This document shows, one piece after another, positions 10,682 to 20,422 of a stretch of 64,000 nt of DNA. The notes beneath the pieces were generated by a model, which was not told where the DNA came from, ran no database searches, and saw nothing but the letters and a program-made list of their open reading frames with translations. The stretch comes from Candidatus Cloacimonadales bacterium (GTDB lineage Bacteria; Cloacimonadota; Cloacimonadia; Cloacimonadales; JAFGVF01), in the NCBI GenBank assembly GCA_963677495.2, contig CAXXOU010000003.1, forward strand, positions 64,001-128,000, written 5' to 3'. The position numbers and the translations under genes were made by a program. The number at the start of each line of letters is the position of its first letter. Position 1 is the first letter of the stretch.

Positions 10682-11152
10682 ATGAAAGTATGTCTGTTAG
10701 TTTTCTGTTTCACACTAATGGTTTCTTCACTTTTTTGTTTTGAATCACCCCTATTCAAAGTCGCAGCTCAAACTGATCTTTTACAACAAGGTGCTACTTT
10801 AGGAGTTAGAGTTAGTAATGAGCAAAACTTAACACGACAGTTGTACGTTGTAGCTGGAGCAAAAGCACCGTTTATAGATGAAGGCGAGAAAGGGTTTTTA
10901 GTCTCCTTATTCGCAGAGAAGCACTTTATTTACAACGACAATTCGTATGGTAAATACTGCCTGGGAGTTGAATACGTCGAGTTTGAAGATTGGTCTTTTG
11001 ATAGCGATGACTTGAATCGGATTTTCTTACCTAAACTAGCAATTGGTGTCGGATATCAAATAAAAATTGATGAAGGAATCTATCTATTTTCAGACTTAGA
11101 TTTTGGAATTCAATATTACATGGCAAACATAAATCTAGGGATGAAGTTTTAA
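10682..11152 (+). CDS. small outer-membrane beta-barrel-like protein, paralog 1
   Basis: GGGAG RBS before ATG 10682; signal peptide; C-terminal INLGMKF. Confidence 0.7.
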   Translation: MKVCLLVFCFTLMVSSLFCFESPLFKVAAQTDLLQQGATLGVRVSNEQNLTRQLYVVAGAKAPFIDEGEKGFLVSLFAEKHFIYNDNSYGKYCLGVEYVEFEDWSFDSDDLNRIFLPKLAIGVGYQIKIDEGIYLFSDLDFGIQYYMANINLGMKF

Positions 11153-11622
11153 TGAAGTATTTTCTGGTACTTGTTTTTATAATATTAGTAAGCACATGTT
11201 TTGCATGGGAAAGCACATCTGTCAAATTCGGTGCATATGGTGATTATGAATATTTCGGTGGCACATTTGGATACAAAATCAGTCATGAAACAGATCCTGA
11301 GAGAGAAGTATACATTGTTCTTGCCGGTAAAGCTCCCTTCTTCGATAAAAAAAGAGATAATCATCTTATCTCTCTATTTGCAGAGAAGCATTTCATACGT
11401 GCTAATAACGCATATGGTAAGTATTGTATGGGAATTGAATACACCAAAATAGAACCATTCATTAACTTTGATGATGAGGAAGCTGACTATGTGGTAATTC
11501 CCAAATTAGCAGTTGGTGCTGGTTATCAATTCAAACTTGATGAAGGGGTATATCTGTTAACTGACTTTGATATCGGTATACAGTATCATATATTTAACAT
11601 TAACATAGGGATGAAATTTTAA
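11152..11622 (+). CDS. small outer-membrane beta-barrel-like protein, paralog 2
   Basis: Signal peptide; shares GKAPF, SLFAEKHFI and PKLAxG with paralog 1; ends INIGMKF; TAATG coupling. Confidence 0.7.
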   Translation: MKYFLVLVFIILVSTCFAWESTSVKFGAYGDYEYFGGTFGYKISHETDPEREVYIVLAGKAPFFDKKRDNHLISLFAEKHFIRANNAYGKYCMGIEYTKIEPFINFDDEEADYVVIPKLAVGAGYQFKLDEGVYLLTDFDIGIQYHIFNINIGMKF

Positions 11623-12080
11623 TGAAGTATTTTTTAGTAATCTTCTTAGTTTTAGCTGCATGTACATGCTTTGCGTGGGAAAGTACATCTTATAAATTCG
11701 GATATGTATATTCAATGAGTAATGGAATATCAGCAGGTCTGAAAATGCCCCATTCTAAGCGAGAGAACAAAGAAGTCTTTTTGTGTGCTGATTACTTCTT
11801 TGCTGAAGAAAGCGGATTGGACTACAAATCGATGATGAGTCTCTACACAGAAATTTCCAGTATCTATGATAACAATTTTTACTCTAGCTATTCAATTGGC
11901 TTGTTATACAAACTTGACGATTACATCAATAGTGAACGTATGATTGGCGATGTATACCTTAAACTAACTGCCGGATTAGGTTACTTATTCCCAATCGATG
12001 ACGGGATATTCATCTTCACAGAGGTCAATGGTGGCTTTCAGTATTATACTTTGAATGCAAAGTTAGGAGTTAAATTCTAA
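11622..12080 (+). CDS. small outer-membrane beta-barrel-like protein, paralog 3
   Basis: MKYFLV..CFAWESTS; IDDGIF; ends LGVKF; TAATG coupling. Confidence 0.7.
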   Translation: MKYFLVIFLVLAACTCFAWESTSYKFGYVYSMSNGISAGLKMPHSKRENKEVFLCADYFFAEESGLDYKSMMSLYTEISSIYDNNFYSSYSIGLLYKLDDYINSERMIGDVYLKLTAGLGYLFPIDDGIFIFTEVNGGFQYYTLNAKLGVKF

Positions 12081-12544
12081 TGAAAAGATTTATTATGATA
12101 ATTACTCTTATATCATCAATCACATTCCTTTTAGCATGGGAAGAACCAACATTCAAACTCTCCTATCAGAATTCAATTGCACATGGTCCGGCTTTTGGAT
12201 ACAAACTCAAAGTGAATAGTCTTAAATCACGAGAGAATTATCTCATGGCTAGTTGTCTGTTTGCTCCTAATTATCAAAAAGAGAAATCTTATATAGCTAG
12301 TGTATATTGGGAAAAGCTGTTTATCCGTGAGAATAACTTTTATACGAAGATTATTTTTGGAGCACAAGTGTTTCGATACAAATGGGACATTGATGATGAA
12401 GACTTGAACTATGCATCAATGATAAAACTAGCCGTCGGTGGTGGTTACCAATGGGAAATCGATGATGGAATTTTCATCTTTCTTGATGCTGATATTGGTA
12501 TGCAGCTGATTTTGTTTAATGTTAATTTGGGGATTAAGTTTTAA
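12080..12544 (+). CDS. small outer-membrane beta-barrel-like protein, paralog 4
   Basis: KLAVGGGYQ, IDDGIFIF; ends LGIKF; TAATG coupling. Confidence 0.7.
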   Translation: MKRFIMIITLISSITFLLAWEEPTFKLSYQNSIAHGPAFGYKLKVNSLKSRENYLMASCLFAPNYQKEKSYIASVYWEKLFIRENNFYTKIIFGAQVFRYKWDIDDEDLNYASMIKLAVGGGYQWEIDDGIFIFLDADIGMQLILFNVNLGIKF

Positions 12545-12550
12545 GATCTA

Positions 12551-12592
12551 AGCAGTCACCATTACGACCGAATGGGAGTTCGGGGAAATGCG
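12551..12592 (+). repeat. REP-like element, left flank of RAYT
   Basis: AGCAGTCACCATTACGACC..GGGAGTTCGGGGAAATGCG; near-identical inverted copy at 27931-27973. Confidence 0.8.
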
Positions 12593-12612
12593 TAAATCGA
12601 AGAGGTGTTATA

Positions 12613-13188
12613 ATGCAATGTAAGAAAAACGAATATGTGGAAGGAAACATTTTTCACTTCTATAATAGAACTCCCAGAAACAAGCTTTTATTTCATGAGA
12701 CAGACGACTATATTTATCTATTGAAAGTATTTAAGAAGAATCTGAACTCCATTCCCTGCGATGTATTAGCATATTGCTTAATGCCAAACCACTTTCACTT
12801 TTGTCTTCTTCAGAAAGGCAATATTCCTTCTTATAGGATATTTAATAGAACTATCATGTCCTATGCTATGCATTATAATTCAAAGTACAATATTCAAGGA
12901 AAATTATTCGAATCTAAGTTACAGAGTAAACGTATTGCTAAAGATACTTACCTATTACAAGTTATCAGATACATTCATTATAATCCAGTCAAAGCCGGGA
13001 TTGTTAAGGATATTAATGATTGGCCCTATTCAAACTACTTAGAATATGTGAACAAACGATCTGGATCTTTACAATCAGCAATATTAAAAGAGTTTTTCCC
13101 ATTTGAGATGGATAATTATGCTAAAACGTTAACTGATTATGAGCAGTATCTGGATGAAGTAAGCACAAAAGGATATTTATTGGACTAG
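12613..13188 (+). CDS. REP-associated tyrosine transposase (RAYT, Y1 HUH family)
   Basis: FHFYNR, AYCLMPNHFH (HUH), RYIHYNPVKAG, WPYSNY. Confidence 0.9.
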   Translation: MQCKKNEYVEGNIFHFYNRTPRNKLLFHETDDYIYLLKVFKKNLNSIPCDVLAYCLMPNHFHFCLLQKGNIPSYRIFNRTIMSYAMHYNSKYNIQGKLFESKLQSKRIAKDTYLLQVIRYIHYNPVKAGIVKDINDWPYSNYLEYVNKRSGSLQSAILKEFFPFEMDNYAKTLTDYEQYLDEVSTKGYLLD

Positions 13189-13200
13189 AACTTTCTTGCT

Positions 13201-13248
13201 AAATCCCAATTCCCCAAGCTCATAAATTCGCACTGGTGACAGGGATTT
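13201..13248 (-). repeat. REP-like element, right flank of RAYT
   Basis: Reverse complement GTCACCAGTGCGAATTTATGAGCTTGGGGAATTG matches 27860-27902 and 19191-19233. Confidence 0.75.
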
Positions 13249-13262
13249 AGAAATTGATTTAG

Positions 13263-13290
13263 AAAAGGGTAGCATCTCTGCTACCCTTTT
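13263..13290. terminator. bidirectional intrinsic terminator
   Basis: AAAAGGGTAGCA-tctc-TGCTACCCTTTT between convergent genes. Confidence 0.8.
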
Positions 13291-13306
13291 CATATTATCT
13301 ATTATC

Positions 13307-14923
13307 TTATCCCATGAAAGGATAGCGATAGTCTGTTGGTGGTACGAAAGTTTCTTTGATAGTTCTAACAGAAACCCAACGCATAAGGTTGAGTGAAGAA
13401 CCTGCTTTATCATTTGTACCTGAACCACGAGCACCACCGAATGGCTGCTGACCAACAACTGCACCGGTTGGTTTGTCGTTGATATAGAAGTTACCGGCTG
13501 TATGAGTAAGAGCATCGATACCCTTTTGAACAGCGTATCTGTCTTGTCCCCAGATTGCACCTGTAAGTGCATAAGGAGAAGTCTCATCACAAATCTTAAG
13601 AGTTTCTTCATACTTCTCATCTTCGTAAACGTAGATAGTAAGGATAGGTCCAAAGATCTCTTCTTCCATTGATTTGAATTTAGGGTTAGATGTTTTAATT
13701 ACAGTTGGTTGTACGAAGTAACCAACGCTATCATCATACTGACCACCGTAAACGATTTCAGCATCATCAGCAGCTTTTGCATGCTCAATGTAAGAAACAC
13801 AGTTGTCGAAACTGTTCTTATCGATAACAGCATTAACGAAGTTACTGAAGTCATGTACTGAACCCATTTTCACTGTTTTAAGTTCAGGTGTAAGTTCTGC
13901 CATGAATTCATCCCAAAGAGAGGTTGGAATATACATTCTTGATGCAGCTGAGCATTTCTGTCCCTGATACTCGAAAGCACCACGAAGAGCTGCGATAGCA
14001 AGAGGACGAGCCTGTGCTGATTTATGAGCAAAGATGAAGTCTTTACCACCGGTCTCACCAACGATTCTTGGGTATGAACGATATTTATGGATGTTGTCAC
14101 CAATGAATTTCCACATGTTCTGGAAAACTTCAGTTGAACCTGTGAAATGGATACCTGCAAAATGCTCGTTAGACATAACAGGATCACCAACTTGACTACC
14201 TGAACCAGGTAAGAAGTTGATAACACCATCTGGAACACCGGCTTCCTGGAGAAGCTTCATTAAATAGTAGCCTGAATAAACAGATGTTGAAGCAGGTTTC
14301 CAAAGAGCAACATTACCCATGATAGCAGGAGCTGTTGGAAGGTTACCTGCGATTGATGTAAAGTTAAATGGAGTCACAGCAAATACGAATCCTTCGAGTG
14401 GACGGAACTCTAAACGGTTCCACATTCCTTTAGGATTGATAAGAGCTTGATCTTCATAAATCTCTTCCATATAATAAGCATTGAAACGCCAGAAGTCTGC
14501 AAGTTCGCAAGCACTGTCAATTTCAGCCTGGAAAGGATTCTTAGACTGGTTAAGCATAGTCGCAGCATTAACGATGAAACGATACTTAGTAGCAAGAAGT
14601 TCAGCTGCTTTTAAGAAGATAGCAGCACGCATTGTATAAGGAGTTTTCTCCCATTCAACTTTAGCTTTCATAGCTGCTTCAATAGCCATTTCAACTTCAG
14701 CTTTTCCTGCTTTATGATATTCAGCAATAACGTTTTTGTGGTTATGTGGTTCTACACATTTACCCATATTACCGGTCTTTACCTCTTTTCCACCGATAAT
14801 CAATGGGATTTCGATTTTTTCCTTAGACATTTTGTCTAAAGTCTCTTTAAGTTTGAGTGTTTCAGGATTGCCCGGGGCATACGGCATTATAGGTTCATTG
14901 TAGGGTTTTGGTACGATTCCCAT
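13307..14923 (-). CDS. pruA: L-glutamate gamma-semialdehyde (delta-1-pyrroline-5-carboxylate) dehydrogenase
   Basis: ALDH motifs PFNF, FTGSTEVF, GETGGKDF, EYQGQKCSA, EEIFGP, GQQPFGG, SGTNDKAG. Confidence 0.95.
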   Translation of the reverse strand: MGIVPKPYNEPIMPYAPGNPETLKLKETLDKMSKEKIEIPLIIGGKEVKTGNMGKCVEPHNHKNVIAEYHKAGKAEVEMAIEAAMKAKVEWEKTPYTMRAAIFLKAAELLATKYRFIVNAATMLNQSKNPFQAEIDSACELADFWRFNAYYMEEIYEDQALINPKGMWNRLEFRPLEGFVFAVTPFNFTSIAGNLPTAPAIMGNVALWKPASTSVYSGYYLMKLLQEAGVPDGVINFLPGSGSQVGDPVMSNEHFAGIHFTGSTEVFQNMWKFIGDNIHKYRSYPRIVGETGGKDFIFAHKSAQARPLAIAALRGAFEYQGQKCSAASRMYIPTSLWDEFMAELTPELKTVKMGSVHDFSNFVNAVIDKNSFDNCVSYIEHAKAADDAEIVYGGQYDDSVGYFVQPTVIKTSNPKFKSMEEEIFGPILTIYVYEDEKYEETLKICDETSPYALTGAIWGQDRYAVQKGIDALTHTAGNFYINDKPTGAVVGQQPFGGARGSGTNDKAGSSLNLMRWVSVRTIKETFVPPTDYRYPFMG

Positions 14924-15269
14924 CGTTTCCTCCTGTTTTTATATTGATTTCTTAAATCCTATTTCGCCAAATAGGTTCGACACTGTATTTACTGTCAAAT
15001 CTTTTTTAGGCTAGTGAATTAATTCCTTTTTCCAGTTTGATTATAAGCTGATTTAAAGCATTATACTTTTACTACGATACAAGTACTCAGTAGGTAGCCA
15101 CTGATTTCGCGGAAAAACTTTTTACAAGATTTCCTTCAATTCTTTAGGAAATGCATTTACTGTTTAGATATAGAAGGTTTGTCTACAATCTGATGTGGCT
15201 AATGAACTTATACTTCTTCGAAGTAACATATACCTTATTCAGACAAATCTACTTTTACCCATCTCTCTA

Positions 15270-15405
15270 CTCTCAGCAGTAATAAGTGCTTTCAACTAAA
15301 TTTTAACTTATTAATAAATTGGTTACTTCTTGGTAGTTAACCCAAGGATTACCCAAGTGTTTCACAAGGGTTTCTCAAGTGTCTCACAGGAATTACTGCC
15401 GGGAG
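15270..15405 (+). repeat. inverted-repeat-bounded cassette with five 11-bp phased units; homolog at 29968-30104
   Basis: CTCTCAGCAGTAAT...ATTACTGCCGGGAG ends; CAAG/CAGG at 15343/54/65/76/87. Confidence 0.8.
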
Positions 15406-15463
15406 ATGAGGGTGAAAAGAAGTTAAATGTGCCACAATGATCGCTTTTTTATCCCGATTCTCC

Positions 15464-15569
15464 CTGGAGCAATAAAGATATGAAGATAATATTCATCCAA
15501 AATCCAACTTATAAGATTCCTATATATTCATATAGGGAACTTATAGGGATTATATATCTATTGCTCCAG
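15464..15569. repeat. inverted-repeat-bounded cassette with 10-11 bp spaced TATA units
   Basis: CTGGAGCAATA ... TATTGCTCCAG perfect 11-bp IR; TATA at 15510/21/31/42. Confidence 0.6.
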
Positions 15570-15650
15570 TGCCTAACTTGGGAGTGGAGGTTGTAAGGAC
15601 TGTTATTTAAACCATCCATCGCTAAAGAATATAGTTTACAATCAATTTAT

Positions 15651-16440
15651 GCCTATAGAGGCTGAGTATGAATAGTTCCGGGTTTTGCGAACCCGGGGTT
15701 AAATATCACGGTCATAGATTAGCCATGAAGTGGCGTCGGATTACCCAACATGTTATTCTTACGCCCCTTAAGGGCTACTTCTTCTTTACTTACATTTACC
15801 ACATGCCAAGGCATGTGGCTATTGAACTGACGCCTTTTTAAGGCTAAGCAAGCTCTTCGAGCTATGTGCAAGTGAGGATACTAACACTACTTTCTAGCCC
15901 TATATAGGCTGAATATGAATAGCTCCGGGTTTTGCGAACCCGGGGTTAAATATCACGGCCATAGATTAGCCATGAAGTGGCGTCGGATTACCCAACATGT
16001 TATTCTTACGCCCCTTAAGGGCTACTTCTTCTTTACTTACATTTACCACATGCCAAGGCATGTGGCTATTGAACTGACGCCTCTTTAAGGCTAAACAAGC
16101 TCTTCGAGATATGTACAAGTGGGGACACTAGCACTACTTTCTAGCCCTATATAGGCTGAATATGAATAGTTCCGGGTTTTGCGAACCCGGGGTTAAATAT
16201 CACGGTCATAGATTAGCCATGAAGTGGCGTCGGATTACCCAACATGTTATTCTTACGCCCCTTAAGGGCTACTTCTTCTTTACTTACATTTACCACATGC
16301 CAAGGCATGTGGCTATTGAACTGACGCCTTTTTAAGGCTAAGCAAGCTCTTCGAGCTATGTGCAAGTGGGGATACTAACACTACTTTCTAGCCCTATATA
16401 GGCTGAATATGAATAGCTCCGGGTTTCGTGAACCCGGGGT
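15651..16440. repeat. tandem array of 247-bp hairpin-rich units (3 full copies plus a partial)
   Basis: GCTGARTATGAATAG recurs at 15661/15908/16155/16402; units near-identical. Confidence 0.95.
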
Positions 16441-16569
16441 CATGTATCCACAAAAAACCTTTCGAACCCTGAAGGGGTTCAACGATTCCTTGACAAAGAA
16501 AATGATGCTACTCAAATAAACTTTTAGAATGGTCTTTTGACCTTCTAAATGGTTGATTAGATATTAATA

Positions 16570-16650
16570 TGGGCAGGCGTGTCCTGCCCATTTTTAGGAG
16601 CGCAGGCATCTTGCCTGCAAAGAATACGGACAGGGATGTCTGCGTTCCCA
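16570..16650. repeat. REP-like palindromes
   Basis: TGGGCAGG..CCTGCCCA; GCAGGCATCTTGCCTGC; GGACAGGGATGTCTGCGTTCC. Confidence 0.55.
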
Positions 16651-16670
16651 GTAATAACAAAGCAGGTGCT

Positions 16671-19090
16671 ATGAAGAAACTATTGTTGGTTCTATATATA
16701 ATTTTCGTTGTAAAAATTGCTATCTGGGCAAACACTATTACTGTTTCCTTAGATAGCTCTCAAGATTTAACATCTATCCAAACAGCAGTAGATTGTGCTG
16801 CTGATGGTGATACAATCTTGGTTCATCCAGGTAGATACTTTGAGAATGTCGACTTTTGTGGAAAAAGTATAACGATAACAAGTAACTACATAAATAACCC
16901 TGATTGGAGTATTGTGGAGTCAACTATTATTGATGGGAATCAGCAATCAAGTTGTGTAGTTGCGATTGATTATGAGGAAAATGCTGTGCTTAATGGGTTT
17001 ACATTAACAAATGGTATTGGATCTCAATCAAGTAGATTTGGTGGTGGAGTTTTTCAAAAGAGAGCAAGTACTTTGACGGTTTCTAATTGCTTGATTCATA
17101 ACAATAATGCTATAACTGGTGGAGGAATAAGTACAGGAAGTTTAAGCAATTTAACTCTTTCCGGTAATATAATTAAGAACAACAATGCCCTACATGAAGG
17201 TGGAGGTGTTGGTCTATATGGTTCTACTGTTTATTTCGATCCTGTTAATCTAAACAGTATCTATAACAATTATGGTGATGTTCAGGATGTTTATCTATAC
17301 AACTCTACAAGTAACGATATTGCTTTAGATACATTGAGTGTAGATTTAACAACTCCTGATGGTTTTTTTGTTTCTTACTTTTATAATTCGTACCCTACAC
17401 CTCCTACAATAACAAATCAACATAGTTACTTAAGTAGAATAGATGCGGATCTTTATGTCTCAGAATTGGGGGATGATAGCAATGATGGATTAACACCTGA
17501 AACAGCACTACAAACTATTGCATTTGCTACAAGGTTGATACAACCTAATGAGCAGAATCCAAATACTGTATTTATTCTACCCGGGACATATAGTGAAGAG
17601 CTAAATAATCAAATCTTTCCAATTGCAGTTCAATCAAATACTAAACTCTTAGGAACCGGTAATGAACCCACTGAGGTAACTATTGGAGATGAATGGAATC
17701 TTAACACAATTGCTATTCGATATGCTGCAAATGTTGAAGTTGGTAATTTTCAAATGTTGAGAAACGATGTAGAAGATGAGTACACTTTATTAGTTTCAAG
17801 GAGTGAAAATATTGTTGTTAGTGATATTGATTTTGGTGAATCGCACGCAAATAAACCCGGGATATACGTGCTTCGATCTAGCGACATAGATATATTTAAC
17901 TGCTGTTTCCATGATATTACAGGATTTAATGGAGAGTTCATATGTGTCTATATGAATGATAGTATTGCTAATCTGAACAACATTATTGTCAATAATAACA
18001 GAAAAACAGCTAATGAAGGTCTTGCATCAGCATTTCATCTTTCAGGTAGCTCAGTTAATGCTAACAATATTATTGTTTCTAATAATCTTCAGTCTTTTCC
18101 CGGTGTATTAGTTCAATATGGTAACTCTGAACCACTTGCTGAGAATAATGACTTCAGTATGTCTAATCTATTAGTTTATAACAATACATCAACAAATGCC
18201 AATAATCCACTTGTTATTTTTACTAAAAGATTTAATCAAAGCAACCTTAATAATATCTCCATTGCTAATAATACAGGACCTACCGGTATATTGAGGCTAG
18301 CTGGAGGTTTTAACTTAAGAAATAGTATTATTTATAATCCTGATGCAGGGTCAGAAATAAACATATGGGTGCCATCTTCTGTAGAATCATATCCTTTATA
18401 CTCTTATATAGATGCAGATTATAATCTTATTCGTGGTGGAGAATCGGGAGTATATGGTACTTATGATTCTAACAACACTTTAGTATGGGGAAGTCACAAC
18501 ATTGATACAGACCCTTTGTTCCGAGGTGATGTACATGGAGATGTGGGGCTTGAAGATATAAAATGGGTGCAACTTACACAAGGTTCACCATGCGTGAATG
18601 CTGGAACACCGGATACACTTGGTATGAACTTGCCAACAGTAGATATTGCAGGGAACCCGAGAGTATGGGATAATATAATAGATATGGGAGCATATGAGTA
18701 TAATCCAACTCCTAATAGTGATGAAACAGCTCTAGCACCACCTGCAACGATACAAGTTTCTCATTTTCCTAATCCTGTTACTCCAAATGGCAGTAACGGT
18801 AAGGTAGCATTCATAGAATTCACACTTCCAAAGAAGCCGATTGAGAAGCCTATGTTAGAGATATACAATATCAAAGGGCAGAAGGTAAGGGATCTGAAGA
18901 TTACTCAGAGTTTTTCACAGCTTGTAAGAAGTGCAGGCTTATCATCCAAGGATAAGCAAACAGGGGAGCATTATTCCAAGATTTGGGATTGCAAGGATAA
19001 TAATCGAAAGGTAGTAGCATAGGGATATATTTCTATAAAGTAAGTTGTGAGGGGGAAGAAGCAATTGGTAGATTGATGGTAGTGAAGTAG
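16671..19090 (+). pseudogene. secreted beta-helix protein with FlgD-Ig/T9SS-like CTD, frameshifted in the last about 25 codons
   Basis: Signal peptide from 16671; SIQTAVD, LYVS..GDDSNDG, DMGAYEY, FPNP; TAG at 19020-22, but the shifted frame continues GIYFYKVSCEGEEAIGRLMVVK* to 19090. Confidence 0.7.
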
Positions 19091-19580
19091 GAAGAAGTGA
19101 GTTGCAACGGAGTGTGAGTCGCTAATTCCGTCATTCGAAGCAGATTTCGTTCTCGCGTCACACTGACTCTGCAACGCAAGTCCGAAGACTGTAGCTGTCA
19201 CCATTGCGAGTTTACGAGCTCGGGGAAATGCGGTAAACCTATAGCTCTTACGAGCTATGTGCAGCAAGTGAGGACACTTGCACTACAAGAAGGAAGAAGT
19301 GAGTTGCAACGGAGTGTGACTCGCTAATTCCGGTAGTCTTATGGCGAAGAGTGGCAGTTTCGTTCTCGCGTCACGCTATCGCTGCAACGCAAGTCCGAGG
19401 GCTGTAGCACGAGTCCATACGACCAAAGGGAGTACGACTCCATGCGAGAAGTGGCAAGTTTCGCTTAGCGTCGAAGTCGCAAGCTCCTTTGGACGCGAGC
19501 TAATTCTTCAGTGAAAAGCCACAATTCCTTTTCCCCAAGCTCGTTGCACTCACACAGGTGACCGGAATTGCGTTTCGCTC
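19089..19580. repeat. REP mosaic (BIME-like) cluster
   Basis: Direct repeat starting near 19089 and 19290; TTCGTTCTCGCGTCAC..TGCAACGCAAGTCCGA at about 19147, 19359 and 28313; GTAG-REP at 19191. Confidence 0.8.
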
Positions 19581-19707
19581 TCGTGCAAGTCAGAAGTTGT
19601 GTGACAAGACAAACCGACAAGTCGGTTAAATCCATAATATTGCATATTTTATTGACAAAGAGTGTTGCTAAGTAATTATTCTACTGATTAAATAATGGAG
19701 GTGCAAT

Positions 19708-20337
19708 TTGCGTCGCATTGCAGTTTTAACCGGAGATATAGTAAAGTCAACTCAGTTATCATCTGAGTCCATGAAAGAGATTCAATCATGCATCAGGAAC
19801 ATCCCTTCAGAGTTTAATAGATACTACCCAAAATCTGTGATTGAGAATGTTTCAATCCATAGAGGGGATGGTTGGCAGATTGCTCTAAAGAAGTATAAGT
19901 ATGCTCTGCGTTTGGCTTTGTATATAAAGTCAGTTCTCAAATCCAAGTTCAAAGTTGATACCAGAGTCTCGATTGGAGTAGGGACAGTTGACTTCTTAGA
20001 TGAAAAGAACATTAGTTCATCAACAGGTGCTGCTTTTAACCTTTCCGGTCAAGGACTTGATGATATGAGAAAGAACCATCTACTTTCATATAACTCTGCT
20101 AAAAATCATCTAGGTTCAAGTATTAGATTCCTCGATCTTTTAGTTCAGAAGCAAACACAGAAGCAAAATACTATTTTTATGCATGCTTTATTAGGACTAT
20201 CCCAATCGGATATTAGTAGGAAAATTAAGAGTGAAAAGACTCCAACAAAGACTGTTTCACAGCAAGCTATTTCAAAAGTTTTGGACAAGCTGCATTGGGA
20301 AGACATTCAGGAGTTTATGAAAGTTTTTGAGCAATAA
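19708..20337 (+). CDS. SatD-family protein (nucleotidyl-cyclase-like) with C-terminal HTH
   Basis: AVLTGDIVKS, RGDGWQ, RVSIGVG, GAAF; C-terminal SQSDIS..VSQQAISK. Confidence 0.8.
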   Translation: MRRIAVLTGDIVKSTQLSSESMKEIQSCIRNIPSEFNRYYPKSVIENVSIHRGDGWQIALKKYKYALRLALYIKSVLKSKFKVDTRVSIGVGTVDFLDEKNISSSTGAAFNLSGQGLDDMRKNHLLSYNSAKNHLGSSIRFLDLLVQKQTQKQNTIFMHALLGLSQSDISRKIKSEKTPTKTVSQQAISKVLDKLHWEDIQEFMKVFEQ

Positions 20338-20340
20338 ATA

Positions 20341-20388
20341 ACAACCTCTGAAGGTTGTATTTGGTATTTACAACCAATAGAGATTGTA
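20341..20388. promoter_or_regulatory. two tandem palindromic operator-like sites ACAACC-N6-GGTTGT
   Basis: ACAACCtctgaaGGTTGT at 20341-58 and ACAACCaatagaGATTGT at 20370-87. Confidence 0.65.
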
Positions 20389-20422
20389 TATTCATATATG
20401 AAACAATAAAGGATATTGCACT

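Noticed and set aside
10682..12600. integron cassette array
   Set aside because: Genes overlap by TAATG, leaving no room for attC sites, and no integrase is present
15651..16440. CRISPR array
   Set aside because: Whole 247-bp units repeat, with no unique spacers and no cas genes
16569..16670. N-terminal extension of the 817-aa ORF
   Set aside because: It translates REP-like palindromes; the signal peptide starts at 16671
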